Assembly: GCA_964606835.1 (NCBI GenBank)
Contig: CAZSJE010000002.1
Coordinates: 1 to 38,530, forward strand
Source: an uncultured Sphingorhabdus sp.
GTDB lineage: Bacteria; Pseudomonadota; Alphaproteobacteria; Sphingomonadales; Sphingomonadaceae
Length of the DNA: 38,530 nt
Direction: 5' to 3'
Part shown: positions 26,490 through 35,352 of the stretch, one piece after another
Layout: each line of letters starts with the position of its first letter
How positions within the stretch are numbered: the first letter of the stretch is position 1
Position numbers and translations under genes: made by a program
The notes under the pieces: generated by a model
What the model was told of the DNA's origin: nothing
The model's input: only the letters and a program-made list of their open reading frames with translations
The model's database searches: none

Positions 26490-27284
26490 CTATTGTTCCA
26501 CAGCTAATTCGACCCGCATCGTCTGATCGCCGCCGCCATAGGAGACGCCCGAGACCGGTGCTGCCTCGGCGTAATCGGTGCCCGTCGCGATGCGGACATA
26601 GCGTGGGTCGGGACTGATGCCGTTCGAGATATCGAAGCCGACCCAGCCCAGATTGTCGACATGCGCCTCTGCCCAGGCATGGCTCGCCTCCTGCTCGATC
26701 CGGTCGTTCATCATCAGGTAGCCGCTGACATATCGGGCTGGAATGGCCAAGGACCGCGCTGCCGCAATGAAGATATGGGCGTGATCCTGACACACGCCGT
26801 GACCAGCAGCTAAGGCCATGTCCGCTGTAGTTTCCGCATCGGTACGGCCGGTCTCATAGGCCACGGCACCGCGAATTTTGGCGGAGAGATCATGCAAGCG
26901 GGAGAGCGGATCGCCACCCTCCGCCGACTTTGCCAAGGCAGCAATTTCAGCATTTGCCCGCGTCAGTCTGGTCGGTCGCAGGAAATACCAAAGCGGTACA
27001 TGCCCGCCATGCCGCCCGATGACGCCGGCATTGTCGATGGTCTCAACCTCGCCACTGCAGGTAGCACTAATCTCGTGCGCGCCTTCGCCGATGCTGACGA
27101 GCAAGATATGGTTGTTATGATAGTCGGTATAGTCGGCCTGGACCTTGCCCCCCTCTATTTTCGTGTCCCAGGATATGATCTTTTGCGAGGCGTTTTCTTT
27201 CGGGATCAGCCGCAGCCGCTGCAGCCCATAGGGAACAGGCTTGTCGAAACGATAATGGGTGCGGTGGAGGATTTTCAGGCGCAT
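26490..27284 (-). CDS. Transglutaminase-like protein
   Basis: Cys-His-Asp triad motifs GVCQDHAH, HAWAE and WVGFD, plus ARYVSGY. Confidence 0.93.
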   Translation of the reverse strand: MRLKILHRTHYRFDKPVPYGLQRLRLIPKENASQKIISWDTKIEGGKVQADYTDYHNNHILLVSIGEGAHEISATCSGEVETIDNAGVIGRHGGHVPLWYFLRPTRLTRANAEIAALAKSAEGGDPLSRLHDLSAKIRGAVAYETGRTDAETTADMALAAGHGVCQDHAHIFIAAARSLAIPARYVSGYLMMNDRIEQEASHAWAEAHVDNLGWVGFDISNGISPDPRYVRIATGTDYAEAAPVSGVSYGGGDQTMRVELAVEQ

Positions 27285-27299
27285 GCGGTTTGGGTGTAG

Positions 27300-28241
27300 C
27301 TATCCGTAAAAGCGGTAATTGGACTCGACCTCGGCGGCAAGCCGCGCGTTGGCGGCCATGAAATCGGTCAGGAATTCGTGTAGGCCGCCCTCGAAAATCT
27401 CTTCGATCCTGCGTTCGGTCAGCATGGCGAGATTGGCATCGGCAATATCGTGTGCGCTCGTCCGCAGGCCATAGTCACGTTCGAGATAGCAAAGATTGCC
27501 GTGTAGTTTCTTGTAGCAGAAGGTCAGCGAACGCGGAAAACGTTCGTCGAGGATCAGGAATTCTGCCACCCCGACAGGGCGACTTTCCTTGGCATTCAGC
27601 CAGCGGAAGGCATGTTCGGCAGAGACCGACCGCAATATCGTTTCCCACTGCACATTGTCGAGCGTGGCACCGACGAAGGAGAGTGAAGGCAGCAGCACAT
27701 AATATTTGACGTCAAGGATACGTGCAGTCTTGTCCGCACGCTCAAGGAAGGTACCCAACCGCGCAAAATTGTAAATATCGATCCTAAGCATCGATCCGTG
27801 CAGTGCGCCACGCACCTGTGCCGATTGCTGGCGGATAAGCGCGATGATGCCAGGCAGGTCGGTCTCGCGGATGGGGCGCACCATCGCGTCCTTGACCCGC
27901 ATCCAGAATATGTTGGTCGCCTCCCAAACCTCGCGGGTAAGCGCGGTGCGCGTCATCCGCGCATTGTGTCGGGCGGACTCGAGCATCGAATAGACCGAAG
28001 CGGGGTTGGTCTTGTCGCGCAGCAGGAAGTTGACGACATGGTTCGGTTCGTAATCGTCATAACGCGCTTCATAGGCGGCGCGCAGGCCTGCGGTAGTCAC
28101 GACCGAGCGCCATTCCTCATCCGATCCCATCCCGCGGGTCAGCGCCATCCGGTGCCCGGCCTCAACCAGCCGTGCCATATTTTCGGATCGTTCCAGGTAT
28201 CGGAACATCCAGAACACACCGCCTGCTGTGCGCCCTAGCAT
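27300..28241 (-). CDS. Alpha-E domain protein (DUF403)
   Basis: Duplicated ER motifs (RYLERSENMAR and TFLERADKTARILDVKY) plus FPRSL. Confidence 0.92.
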   Translation of the reverse strand: MLGRTAGGVFWMFRYLERSENMARLVEAGHRMALTRGMGSDEEWRSVVTTAGLRAAYEARYDDYEPNHVVNFLLRDKTNPASVYSMLESARHNARMTRTALTREVWEATNIFWMRVKDAMVRPIRETDLPGIIALIRQQSAQVRGALHGSMLRIDIYNFARLGTFLERADKTARILDVKYYVLLPSLSFVGATLDNVQWETILRSVSAEHAFRWLNAKESRPVGVAEFLILDERFPRSLTFCYKKLHGNLCYLERDYGLRTSAHDIADANLAMLTERRIEEIFEGGLHEFLTDFMAANARLAAEVESNYRFYG

Positions 28242-28257
28242 GATGCGCCACCCGTCA

Positions 28258-29685
28258 TCATTCTTCCAGCACCCAGCTGTCCTTGGTTCCGCCGCCCTGG
28301 CTGCTGTTCACCACCAATGAGCCTTTTTTTAGTGCCACGCGCGTCAGCCCCCCGGGGGTGATCTCGATCCGGTCGGGCGACACGAGGACGAAGGGGCGAA
28401 GGTCGACATGGCGCGGGGCAAGCCCTGCCCTTGTCAGGATGGGGACCGTCGAGAGCGCAAGTGTCGGCTGAGCAATATAATTTGCCGGTCGCGCACGCAG
28501 CTTTTTGGCAAAGGCCTCGATCTCCGCTCTGCTGGCTGCGGGGCCGACCAGCATCCCGTAGCCGCCCGATCCGTGCACTTCCTTGACCACCAGTTCGCGC
28601 AGATGTTCGAGAACATATTTGAGCGATTCCGGCTCTGCACAGCGCCAAGTTGGAACATTGGCAAGCAGCGGCTTTTCGCCCGTGTAAAATTCGACGATGT
28701 CGGGCATGTAACTGTAAATCGCCTTGTCGTCGGCGATCCCGGTGCCCGGTGCATTGGCGATGGTGATCTTGCCCGAACGGTATATGTCCATAATCCCCGG
28801 CACGCCCAATTGCGAATCCGGGCGGAAAGTCATCGGATCGAGATAATCGTCGTCCACGCGCCGGTAGAGCACATCGATCGGCCGGTAGCCTTGTGTGGTG
28901 CGCATCGACACACGGCCATCGGTGATCCGCAGGTCGTGCCCCTCGACCAGTTCAGCCCCCATCTGGTCGGCCAGGAAGGCATGCTCGAAATAGGCGCTGT
29001 TGAAGATGCCCGGCGTGAGCACCGCAACCACCGGCTTCCCGTCGCAGCCACCGGGCGCGCAGGATTCGAGGGAGCGGCGCAGGTTCTTTGGATAGCTCCC
29101 GACTTCGCGGACGCGGATTGCGCTGAACAGTTCGGGGAACATGTTCATCATCGTTTCGCGATTTTCGAGCATATAGGATACGCCCGACGGGGTGCGGGCA
29201 TTATCCTCCAGCACGTAAAATTCGTCTGGCCCGGTGCGGACCAGGTCGATGCCAACGATGTGCGTGTACACCCGCCCCGGCGGCGTGAAACCAATCATCG
29301 CGGGCAGGAAGGCGCTGTTCTTGGCGATCAGCGCTTCCGGTACTCTCCCTGCGCGGATGATTTCCTGCCGGTGATAAATGTCGTGCAGGAAGGCATTGAT
29401 CGCGCGCACCCGCTGTTCGATCCCGCGCGAAAGGCGGCTCCATTCCTGCGCGCCGATGATGCGCGGGACAATGTCGAACGGGATCAGCCGCTCCTCGGCC
29501 TCCTCCGCGCCATAGACGTTGAAGGTAATGCCGGTGCGCCGGAAGAAGGCGTCGGCCTCTTCGGCTTTGCGGCGCAGGCGGGATAGCTCCTGCCCCTCGA
29601 ACCAGGCATTGTAATCGGCATAGGCAGGATGCGCGCCGCCGTCCGCGCGCAGCATTTCGTCAAAGGCCGGTGCTGGCTGCTCCAT
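28258..29685 (-). CDS. Circularly permuted type 2 ATP-grasp protein
   Basis: LEDNARTPSGVSY, NSAYFEH, YRRVDDDYLDP, GSGGYGMLVGP and VVNSSQGGGTKD motifs. Start is ATG 29685 or TTG 29703. Confidence 0.93.
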   Translation of the reverse strand: MEQPAPAFDEMLRADGGAHPAYADYNAWFEGQELSRLRRKAEEADAFFRRTGITFNVYGAEEAEERLIPFDIVPRIIGAQEWSRLSRGIEQRVRAINAFLHDIYHRQEIIRAGRVPEALIAKNSAFLPAMIGFTPPGRVYTHIVGIDLVRTGPDEFYVLEDNARTPSGVSYMLENRETMMNMFPELFSAIRVREVGSYPKNLRRSLESCAPGGCDGKPVVAVLTPGIFNSAYFEHAFLADQMGAELVEGHDLRITDGRVSMRTTQGYRPIDVLYRRVDDDYLDPMTFRPDSQLGVPGIMDIYRSGKITIANAPGTGIADDKAIYSYMPDIVEFYTGEKPLLANVPTWRCAEPESLKYVLEHLRELVVKEVHGSGGYGMLVGPAASRAEIEAFAKKLRARPANYIAQPTLALSTVPILTRAGLAPRHVDLRPFVLVSPDRIEITPGGLTRVALKKGSLVVNSSQGGGTKDSWVLEE

Positions 29686-29697
29686 CACTAACGAAGC

Positions 29698-29753
29698 TGT
29701 CAAAATTATGGGCAGCGCACAAGTGCTTTTCGCGGCTGCACAAATTTTGCGCA
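29698..29753. promoter_or_regulatory. Two NtrC-like 17-bp sites
   Basis: TGTCAAAATTATGGGCA (29698-29714) and TGCACAAATTTTGCGCA (29737-29753), compared with TGCAC-N7-GTGCA with an AT-rich core. Confidence 0.5.
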
Positions 29754-29787
29754 GGTTGCTGAATCTTTGAACGATTCAGGAGAAAGG

Positions 29788-29936
29788 CCCCTCCCACCTG
29801 TGGGGCGGAGTTGGGGTGGGGGCTGCGCACGTCTGTGCGCCAAAAGACTCAGAGGGCGATTGAGAGCTTGAAGGATTATTGCGGCGCAGACGCGCCGCGC
29901 CCCCTCCCTTAATCCCTCCCCACAAGGGGGGAGGGA
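29788..29936. repeat. About 150-bp MITE/REPIN-like element with palindromic terminal inverted repeats
   Basis: Left arm CCCCTCCCACCTGTGGGGCGGAGTTGGGGTGGGGGC (29788-29823) aligns with the reverse complement of the right arm (29899-29936), TCCCTCCCCCCTTGTGGGGAGGGATTAAGGGAGGGGGC. Confidence 0.75.
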
Positions 29937-29941
29937 GGAGT

Positions 29942-30487
29942 TTAATCTTCGTCAGGCCCCAAGCTGGCATCCAGATCCCGCGGGCGAACGAAGCGTTTCA
30001 AGTGCCCGACCGGCTTGCCGATATCGGCCCAACGGTCAATAGGAAGCTCGATCTGCGCCAGCGCGGCGGTCGGGTATTTGATCTCTACTTCGTCGCGCAA
30101 GGGCGAGCTGCCATCGTCGGGGATGAGATCAAACACCAAATCCTCGACCGCTGGGCAATGGCCGACGACCATAACGCTGTCATGCACGTCGCTGACTTCG
30201 CGCAGCACGTCCAGGACTGTGGCGCTGGAGGCAAGGTAAATGCGCCGTTCCCAGGTCGGCTCATGCTTGCGGCCATAGCCTGCCCAGACGCCGTCGAGCG
30301 TTTCAATCACCCGCACTGCAGGGCTGGCGATGACATGCTCGAAAGTGACGCCGTTGGATGCCATCCACTGGCCAACGGTGCGCGCTGCCTTCTCGCCGCG
30401 TTTGTTGAGGGGCCGGTCGAAATCGCGCGCCACTGGATCATCCCATCCCGATTTGGCGTGGCGCAACAGATAGAGCGTCTTGGTCAA
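29942..30487 (-). CDS. SixA-like histidine phosphatase
   Basis: LLRHAKSGW, DFDRPLNKRG, SPAVR and MVVGH motifs. Confidence 0.9.
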   Translation of the reverse strand: MTKTLYLLRHAKSGWDDPVARDFDRPLNKRGEKAARTVGQWMASNGVTFEHVIASPAVRVIETLDGVWAGYGRKHEPTWERRIYLASSATVLDVLREVSDVHDSVMVVGHCPAVEDLVFDLIPDDGSSPLRDEVEIKYPTAALAQIELPIDRWADIGKPVGHLKRFVRPRDLDASLGPDED

Positions 30488-33219
30488 AAGGGGATGTCCT
30501 CTTCCAATATTGTTTGGTCGAGGTCCTGCCCGATATTTGTGGCAGGGGAAAGACCGGATTTGATCCGCCGTACCGCTTCGTCCAGCGTTACGCGGTGTAC
30601 TGGCGTTCCCGGCGGAAATGCCGTGAGCAGGCGCGAGGGCGTGGCGGGCGAGAGCAGCACGAAATGGCCATGATCGTCCGCCGTGCGGATCAAACGGCCA
30701 AAGGCCTGCGCCAGCCGCGCGCGGATGATGCGGTCGTCATAATCCACCCCGCCTGCTGCCAGCCGCCGCGCCTTGTGCAATATGTCGGGGCGCGGCCAGG
30801 GGACCTGCTCCATCACCACCAGCCGCAGCGAATGACCGGGAACATCGACGCCGTCGCGCAACGCATCGGTCCCCAGCAAGGACGCATGCGGATCATCGCG
30901 GAATATGTCGACCAATGTGCCGGTATCCATAGGATCGACATGCTGCGCATAGAGCGGCAGTCCATCACGCGCCAGCCGGTCGGCGATGCGCGCATGCACG
31001 CTGCGCAGGCGGCGGATCGCGGTGAACAGGCCCAATGCACCGCCCTGCGAGGCGGAGATCAAAGCGGCATAGGCCCCGGCGAGCGCGGGCAGGTCGCCCT
31101 TGGCAATATCGGTGACGATCAGCACCTCGGCTTGGGCGGCGTAGTCGAAGGGGGACGGCGCGGAGAAATGCACCGCCTTATGATCGAGATGTGTCGCGCC
31201 GGTGCGCGCCTCCGCAGTATCCCAATCGCCGCCTGCGCGCAGCGTGGCTGAGGTGGTCAGGATGCCATGCGCGGGTTTCAGGACAACGGCTGACACTGGC
31301 CTTGTAGGATCAAGCCAGTGGCGATGCATCCCGATATCATATTCGCGCCCCTCTCCGCGATCGACCGCGAGCCAGTCGACATAATCGGGATCGGCAGGCC
31401 CGCCACCGCGCCCCAGCAGGGCGATCCAGCCGCGCAGCGTGTCGACACGCCAGCCAAGGCTTGCCATCGCGCCTTCGATCCGAGCGCGAGCCGCCCCGTC
31501 GAGCCAATCAGGCGCGTCCTCGACTATTGCCTCCAGCCGCTGGCCCAGCACCATCAGCGGCTTTGCCAGCGCCTCCAGTGCTTTCATCAGGTCGGCTATC
31601 GCCTCGATCAGCGGCGCGTCGAGATTGGCATATTCTGTCTCCAGCCCATAGCCCGACTCGGCCTGTCCTTCGTCGCGGGCATAGACGGTTGCACGGATGG
31701 CGGCGAGCAGCCGTTCGGCTGGGCCGGAAGGAAGGCCTTCGCCCACACGGCTTAGCCAGCTGTCACCCGGCAGTGCCTCTGCCGCATGTCGCGCTGCCTC
31801 TATGGCGAGCCCGCCCTCCTCGTCATAGCTGGCGACATCGGCGAGCCGCGCAGAAAGCCCGCGCCGCCGCCCACGCGCCTTGCCCTCCGGGCCGATCACC
31901 CAGCGGCGGATTTCAACCATCTCCGCGCCGGTGAGTGCGGCCGCAAAGGTGGAATCGGCGGCATCGAACAGATGGTGCCCTTCATCGAAGACGATGCGCG
32001 TCGGCCTGCTCGCTTCCTCGCGTCCGCGCGCGGCATTGACCATCATCAGCGCGTGGTTGGCGATGACGATATCGGCCTGTGCGCTGGACCGGCTGGCGCG
32101 TTCGATGAAACATTTGCGGTAGTGCGGACACCCTGCATAAATGCACTCGCCGCGCCGGTCGGTCAGCGCGGTCGAGCCGTTGCGGCGAAACAAGGTCGGC
32201 AGCCAGCCGGGCAGGTCACCGCCCACCATGTCGCCGTCTGCCGTATAGGCCGCCCAGCGCGCGACGAGATGCGCCAGCGTTGCTGCGCGCCCCGCAAAGC
32301 CGCCCTGCAACGCATCCTCCAGATTGAGCAGGCAAAGATAGTTTTCCCGGCCCTTGCGGACGACCACCTTCTCCTTGAAGGTCGTTTGGTCGGGATAAAC
32401 GCGCCGCGCTTCGCTGACCAATTGCCGTTGCAGCGCCTTGGTGTAGGTGGAAATCCACACCGTACCATCGGCCTGCTGCGCCCATAGCGAAGCCGGCGCG
32501 AGATAGCCCAGCGTCTTGCCAATCCCGGTGCCTGCTTCGGCCAGCAGCATATTGGGTTCGCCCTTGCATTTGCGCGGATCGAAGATGTGCGCGACGCTTT
32601 GTGCAAAACTGCGCTGGCCCTCGCGCGCCTCCGCGCCGCTGCCGGTCAGGCGGGCGAGTTGTTCATCGACCGCTTCCCGGTCCAGCACTACCGAACGTGG
32701 CGGCGTGCGCGGGGCGCTTTCCTCCCATTCGGGCAGTTTGGAAAACAGCCAGCGTTCCTTTTGCTCGGGCTTCGGCATTTGCTCCGCCACCACCCGCGCC
32801 CACGGCCAGCGGAGGCGAGCGAGTGCCTGCGCTGCATCCCACGCGCCCTCGCGTTCGGGCCATTGCGGATTGCCGAGGGTGGCAAGGAGCTTTTGGGTAG
32901 CAGCGAGCAACAGGCGGGGTACTGCCTCATCGCCGGTCGCAGCCCCAATCTCCAAAACATCGGCCAACCCCTTCGCCGTCGGCACTGCAAACCTTGCCGG
33001 ATGCACAAAGGCAAACAGCTCGAGCAAATCCAGCCCGCTTAATTCGGCATAGCCTAGCCGCTGCGCGACCAAAGGCGCATTGAGCATGATATGCGGCGTT
33101 TCCGCCGCCCGCGCGACCGCCTCGCTTTTTCCTACGGTCCGCACTGTGCCATCGGGAGCGGCGATCCAGATGCCGGCATGGCTTGCATGCAGCGCAGGAA
33201 AAGCTAGGGGAGGGGCCAT
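30484..33219 (-). CDS. DinG/YoaA-family ATP-dependent DNA helicase
   Basis: EAGTGIGKT, KGRENYLC, Cys cluster (C..AGCPHYRKC), FDEGHH, LTTSATL and QAFGRLIR motifs. Confidence 0.92.
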   Translation of the reverse strand: MAPPLAFPALHASHAGIWIAAPDGTVRTVGKSEAVARAAETPHIMLNAPLVAQRLGYAELSGLDLLELFAFVHPARFAVPTAKGLADVLEIGAATGDEAVPRLLLAATQKLLATLGNPQWPEREGAWDAAQALARLRWPWARVVAEQMPKPEQKERWLFSKLPEWEESAPRTPPRSVVLDREAVDEQLARLTGSGAEAREGQRSFAQSVAHIFDPRKCKGEPNMLLAEAGTGIGKTLGYLAPASLWAQQADGTVWISTYTKALQRQLVSEARRVYPDQTTFKEKVVVRKGRENYLCLLNLEDALQGGFAGRAATLAHLVARWAAYTADGDMVGGDLPGWLPTLFRRNGSTALTDRRGECIYAGCPHYRKCFIERASRSSAQADIVIANHALMMVNAARGREEASRPTRIVFDEGHHLFDAADSTFAAALTGAEMVEIRRWVIGPEGKARGRRRGLSARLADVASYDEEGGLAIEAARHAAEALPGDSWLSRVGEGLPSGPAERLLAAIRATVYARDEGQAESGYGLETEYANLDAPLIEAIADLMKALEALAKPLMVLGQRLEAIVEDAPDWLDGAARARIEGAMASLGWRVDTLRGWIALLGRGGGPADPDYVDWLAVDRGEGREYDIGMHRHWLDPTRPVSAVVLKPAHGILTTSATLRAGGDWDTAEARTGATHLDHKAVHFSAPSPFDYAAQAEVLIVTDIAKGDLPALAGAYAALISASQGGALGLFTAIRRLRSVHARIADRLARDGLPLYAQHVDPMDTGTLVDIFRDDPHASLLGTDALRDGVDVPGHSLRLVVMEQVPWPRPDILHKARRLAAGGVDYDDRIIRARLAQAFGRLIRTADDHGHFVLLSPATPSRLLTAFPPGTPVHRVTLDEAVRRIKSGLSPATNIGQDLDQTILEEDIPF

Positions 33220-33262
33220 CTGCCCCTAATGGCAATTTCGGAACGAAAAGGAAACGAGCAAA

Positions 33263-34846
33263 ATGAGCGTCGATGCAGCCCTTCGCGCGGCGGCCCTGGA
33301 AAGCAAGGCCTGGCCCTATGAAGAGGCGCGCAAGTTGCTCAAACGCTATCCGCAAGGAAAGCCTAGCGGCGAACCGATCCTGTTCGAGGCTGGCTATGGC
33401 CCGTCTGGCCTGCCGCACATTGGGACGTTTAACGAGGTCTTGCGCCCCAGCATTGTTCGCCGCGCGTTTGAGGAAATGAGCGATCTTCCCACTCGCTTGA
33501 TCGTCTTCTCCGACGATATGGACGGGTTGCGCAAAGTGCCGGACAATGTGCCCAACCAGGCAATGCTTGCCGAGCATTTGGGCAAGCCGCTGACGCGCAT
33601 CCCCGACCCGTTCGAGAAATATGAGAGTTTCGCGCATCATAATATTGCGATGCTGCGCGAGTTTCTCGATCGCTTTGGCTTCGATTATGAGCTGATGTCG
33701 TCAACCGACCAGTATCTCGGTGGCGCGTTTGACGAAATGCTGAAAAAGGTGCTGCGCAACTATCAGGCAATCATGGACATCATGTTGCCGACATTGGGCA
33801 AGGAACGGCAGGCGACTTACTCTCCGGTGCTGCCGATCAGCCCCAAGAGCGGAATCGTATTGCAGGTGCCGGTCGAGGTGGTTGACGCTGACGCCGGACT
33901 CGTTGCTTTTGATGACGAAGGTGAACGGATCACCCAATCCATCCTCGGCGGACAGTCCAAGCTGCAATGGAAGCCTGACTGGGGCATGCGCTGGGCGGCG
34001 CTGGGCGTCGATTATGAAATGTACGGTAAGGACCTGATCGACAGTGCTGTACTGGGCGGGAAGATCGCGCAGGTGCTTGGCGGCCGGAAGCCCGATGGCC
34101 TGATTTATGAGATGTTCCTCGACGAAAAAGGCGAGAAGATTTCAAAGTCGAAGGGCAATGGGCTTAGTGTTGAACAATGGCTGACCTATGGCACCGACGA
34201 CAGCCTGGCTTTCTACATTTACCGGGAGCCAAAGCGCGCCAAGCAATTGCATATGGGCGTGATCCCGCGTGCGGTGGACGAATATTTTCAGTTCCGTGGC
34301 AACTATCCGGAACAGGAACTCGACAAGCAACTTGGCAATCCGGTGCACCATGTCCACCGGGCGAAGAATGAGACGATGCCTGCCGGAACGCCGCCGGTCA
34401 CCTTTGGCCTGCTGCTCAATCTTGTCGGCGTAATGGGCGCGGATGCGACTGATGAACAGGTCTGGTCCTATCTCGGCAATTATGTTGAGGATGCCCGGCC
34501 CGAGGCGCAGCCCGATCTGGCCAAGCTGGTGCCGCTGGCGCTGGCCTACAACCGCGACTTCATTGCCCCCACCTTGCAGCGCCGCAAGCCGGAAGGTGTT
34601 GAAGTGGCCGCATTGGCACGGCTGGATAGCGAACTATCGACACTTGCCGCCGACGCCTCTGCCGAGGACATCCAGAATATCGTCTACGCCATTGGTAACG
34701 AAGGCGGATTTGAGCAGTTGCGCGACTGGTTCAAGGCGCTTTACGAAACATTGCTCGGCTCCAGCGCGGGTCCCCGCATGGGCAGCTTCGTTGCGCTTTA
34801 TGGCATCGCCAACACGCGCAAGCTGATCGCAGAAGCGCTGGCATGA
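33263..34846 (+). CDS. lysS: Lysine--tRNA ligase, class I
   Basis: GYGPSGLPHIG (HIGH-like), KISKSKGN (KMSKS-like) and GPRMGSF motifs. Confidence 0.96.
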   Translation: MSVDAALRAAALESKAWPYEEARKLLKRYPQGKPSGEPILFEAGYGPSGLPHIGTFNEVLRPSIVRRAFEEMSDLPTRLIVFSDDMDGLRKVPDNVPNQAMLAEHLGKPLTRIPDPFEKYESFAHHNIAMLREFLDRFGFDYELMSSTDQYLGGAFDEMLKKVLRNYQAIMDIMLPTLGKERQATYSPVLPISPKSGIVLQVPVEVVDADAGLVAFDDEGERITQSILGGQSKLQWKPDWGMRWAALGVDYEMYGKDLIDSAVLGGKIAQVLGGRKPDGLIYEMFLDEKGEKISKSKGNGLSVEQWLTYGTDDSLAFYIYREPKRAKQLHMGVIPRAVDEYFQFRGNYPEQELDKQLGNPVHHVHRAKNETMPAGTPPVTFGLLLNLVGVMGADATDEQVWSYLGNYVEDARPEAQPDLAKLVPLALAYNRDFIAPTLQRRKPEGVEVAALARLDSELSTLAADASAEDIQNIVYAIGNEGGFEQLRDWFKALYETLLGSSAGPRMGSFVALYGIANTRKLIAEALA

Positions 34847-35352
34847 AGCGCCGCAGCGCGGAGGAGTTGGCTGAGGACCTTCTGGGCACCGAATGGTCCC
34901 AGCTGAGCGATCTGGAGCGGCAGGTCATTGATCGCATTGCCAACCGCCGCGTCTCATCGCTCGAGCATGTCGATGCCGACATGACCCAGGCCACATTGGG
35001 CCAACGCGTGGCAGACCGCGTGGCGGCAGTCGGCGGCTCTTGGGGTTTCATCATTTCCTTTGCGATCGTCCTGTTCGGCTGGATGCTGATCAACTCTTCC
35101 CTGTTGAAGCCGCTTGGTATCCAGTTCGATGCCTATCCCTTCATCTTCCTGAACCTGATGCTCTCGATGCTGGCGGCCATTCAGGCACCAGTGATCATGA
35201 TGAGCCAGAACCGGCAGGGCGAGATCGACCGCCAAACCGCGAAGCACGACTATCAGGTCAACCTCCGCGCCGAGCTGGAGATTATCATGCTGCACGAGAA
35301 GCTGGAGCATATCATGAGCGAACTCGACCAGATCAAGCAGGCCAGACAATGA
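34843..35352 (+). CDS. DUF1003 membrane protein
   Basis: ADRVAAVGGSWGF, FDAYPFIFLNLMLS, QAPVIMMSQNRQ and DYQVNLRAELEI motifs. Confidence 0.9.
   Translation: MKRRSAEELAEDLLGTEWSQLSDLERQVIDRIANRRVSSLEHVDADMTQATLGQRVADRVAAVGGSWGFIISFAIVLFGWMLINSSLLKPLGIQFDAYPFIFLNLMLSMLAAIQAPVIMMSQNRQGEIDRQTAKHDYQVNLRAELEIIMLHEKLEHIMSELDQIKQARQ

Noticed and set aside
28408..29586. 392-aa ORF and other long antisense ORFs (130-1302, 4851-5900, 9623-10666, 17578-18699)
   Set aside because: They mirror well-supported genes on the opposite strand and are explained by GC-biased codon usage.
29656..29680. Sigma54 promoter for the ATP-grasp operon (minus strand CAGCAC-N5-TTTGA)
   Set aside because: It lacks the invariant GG (-24) and GC (-12) dinucleotides and lies inside the coding region.
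29776..29970. 64-aa ORF (also 22477-22701, 74 aa)
   Set aside because: Both are read through palindromic repeat elements and have no RBS or protein-like features.
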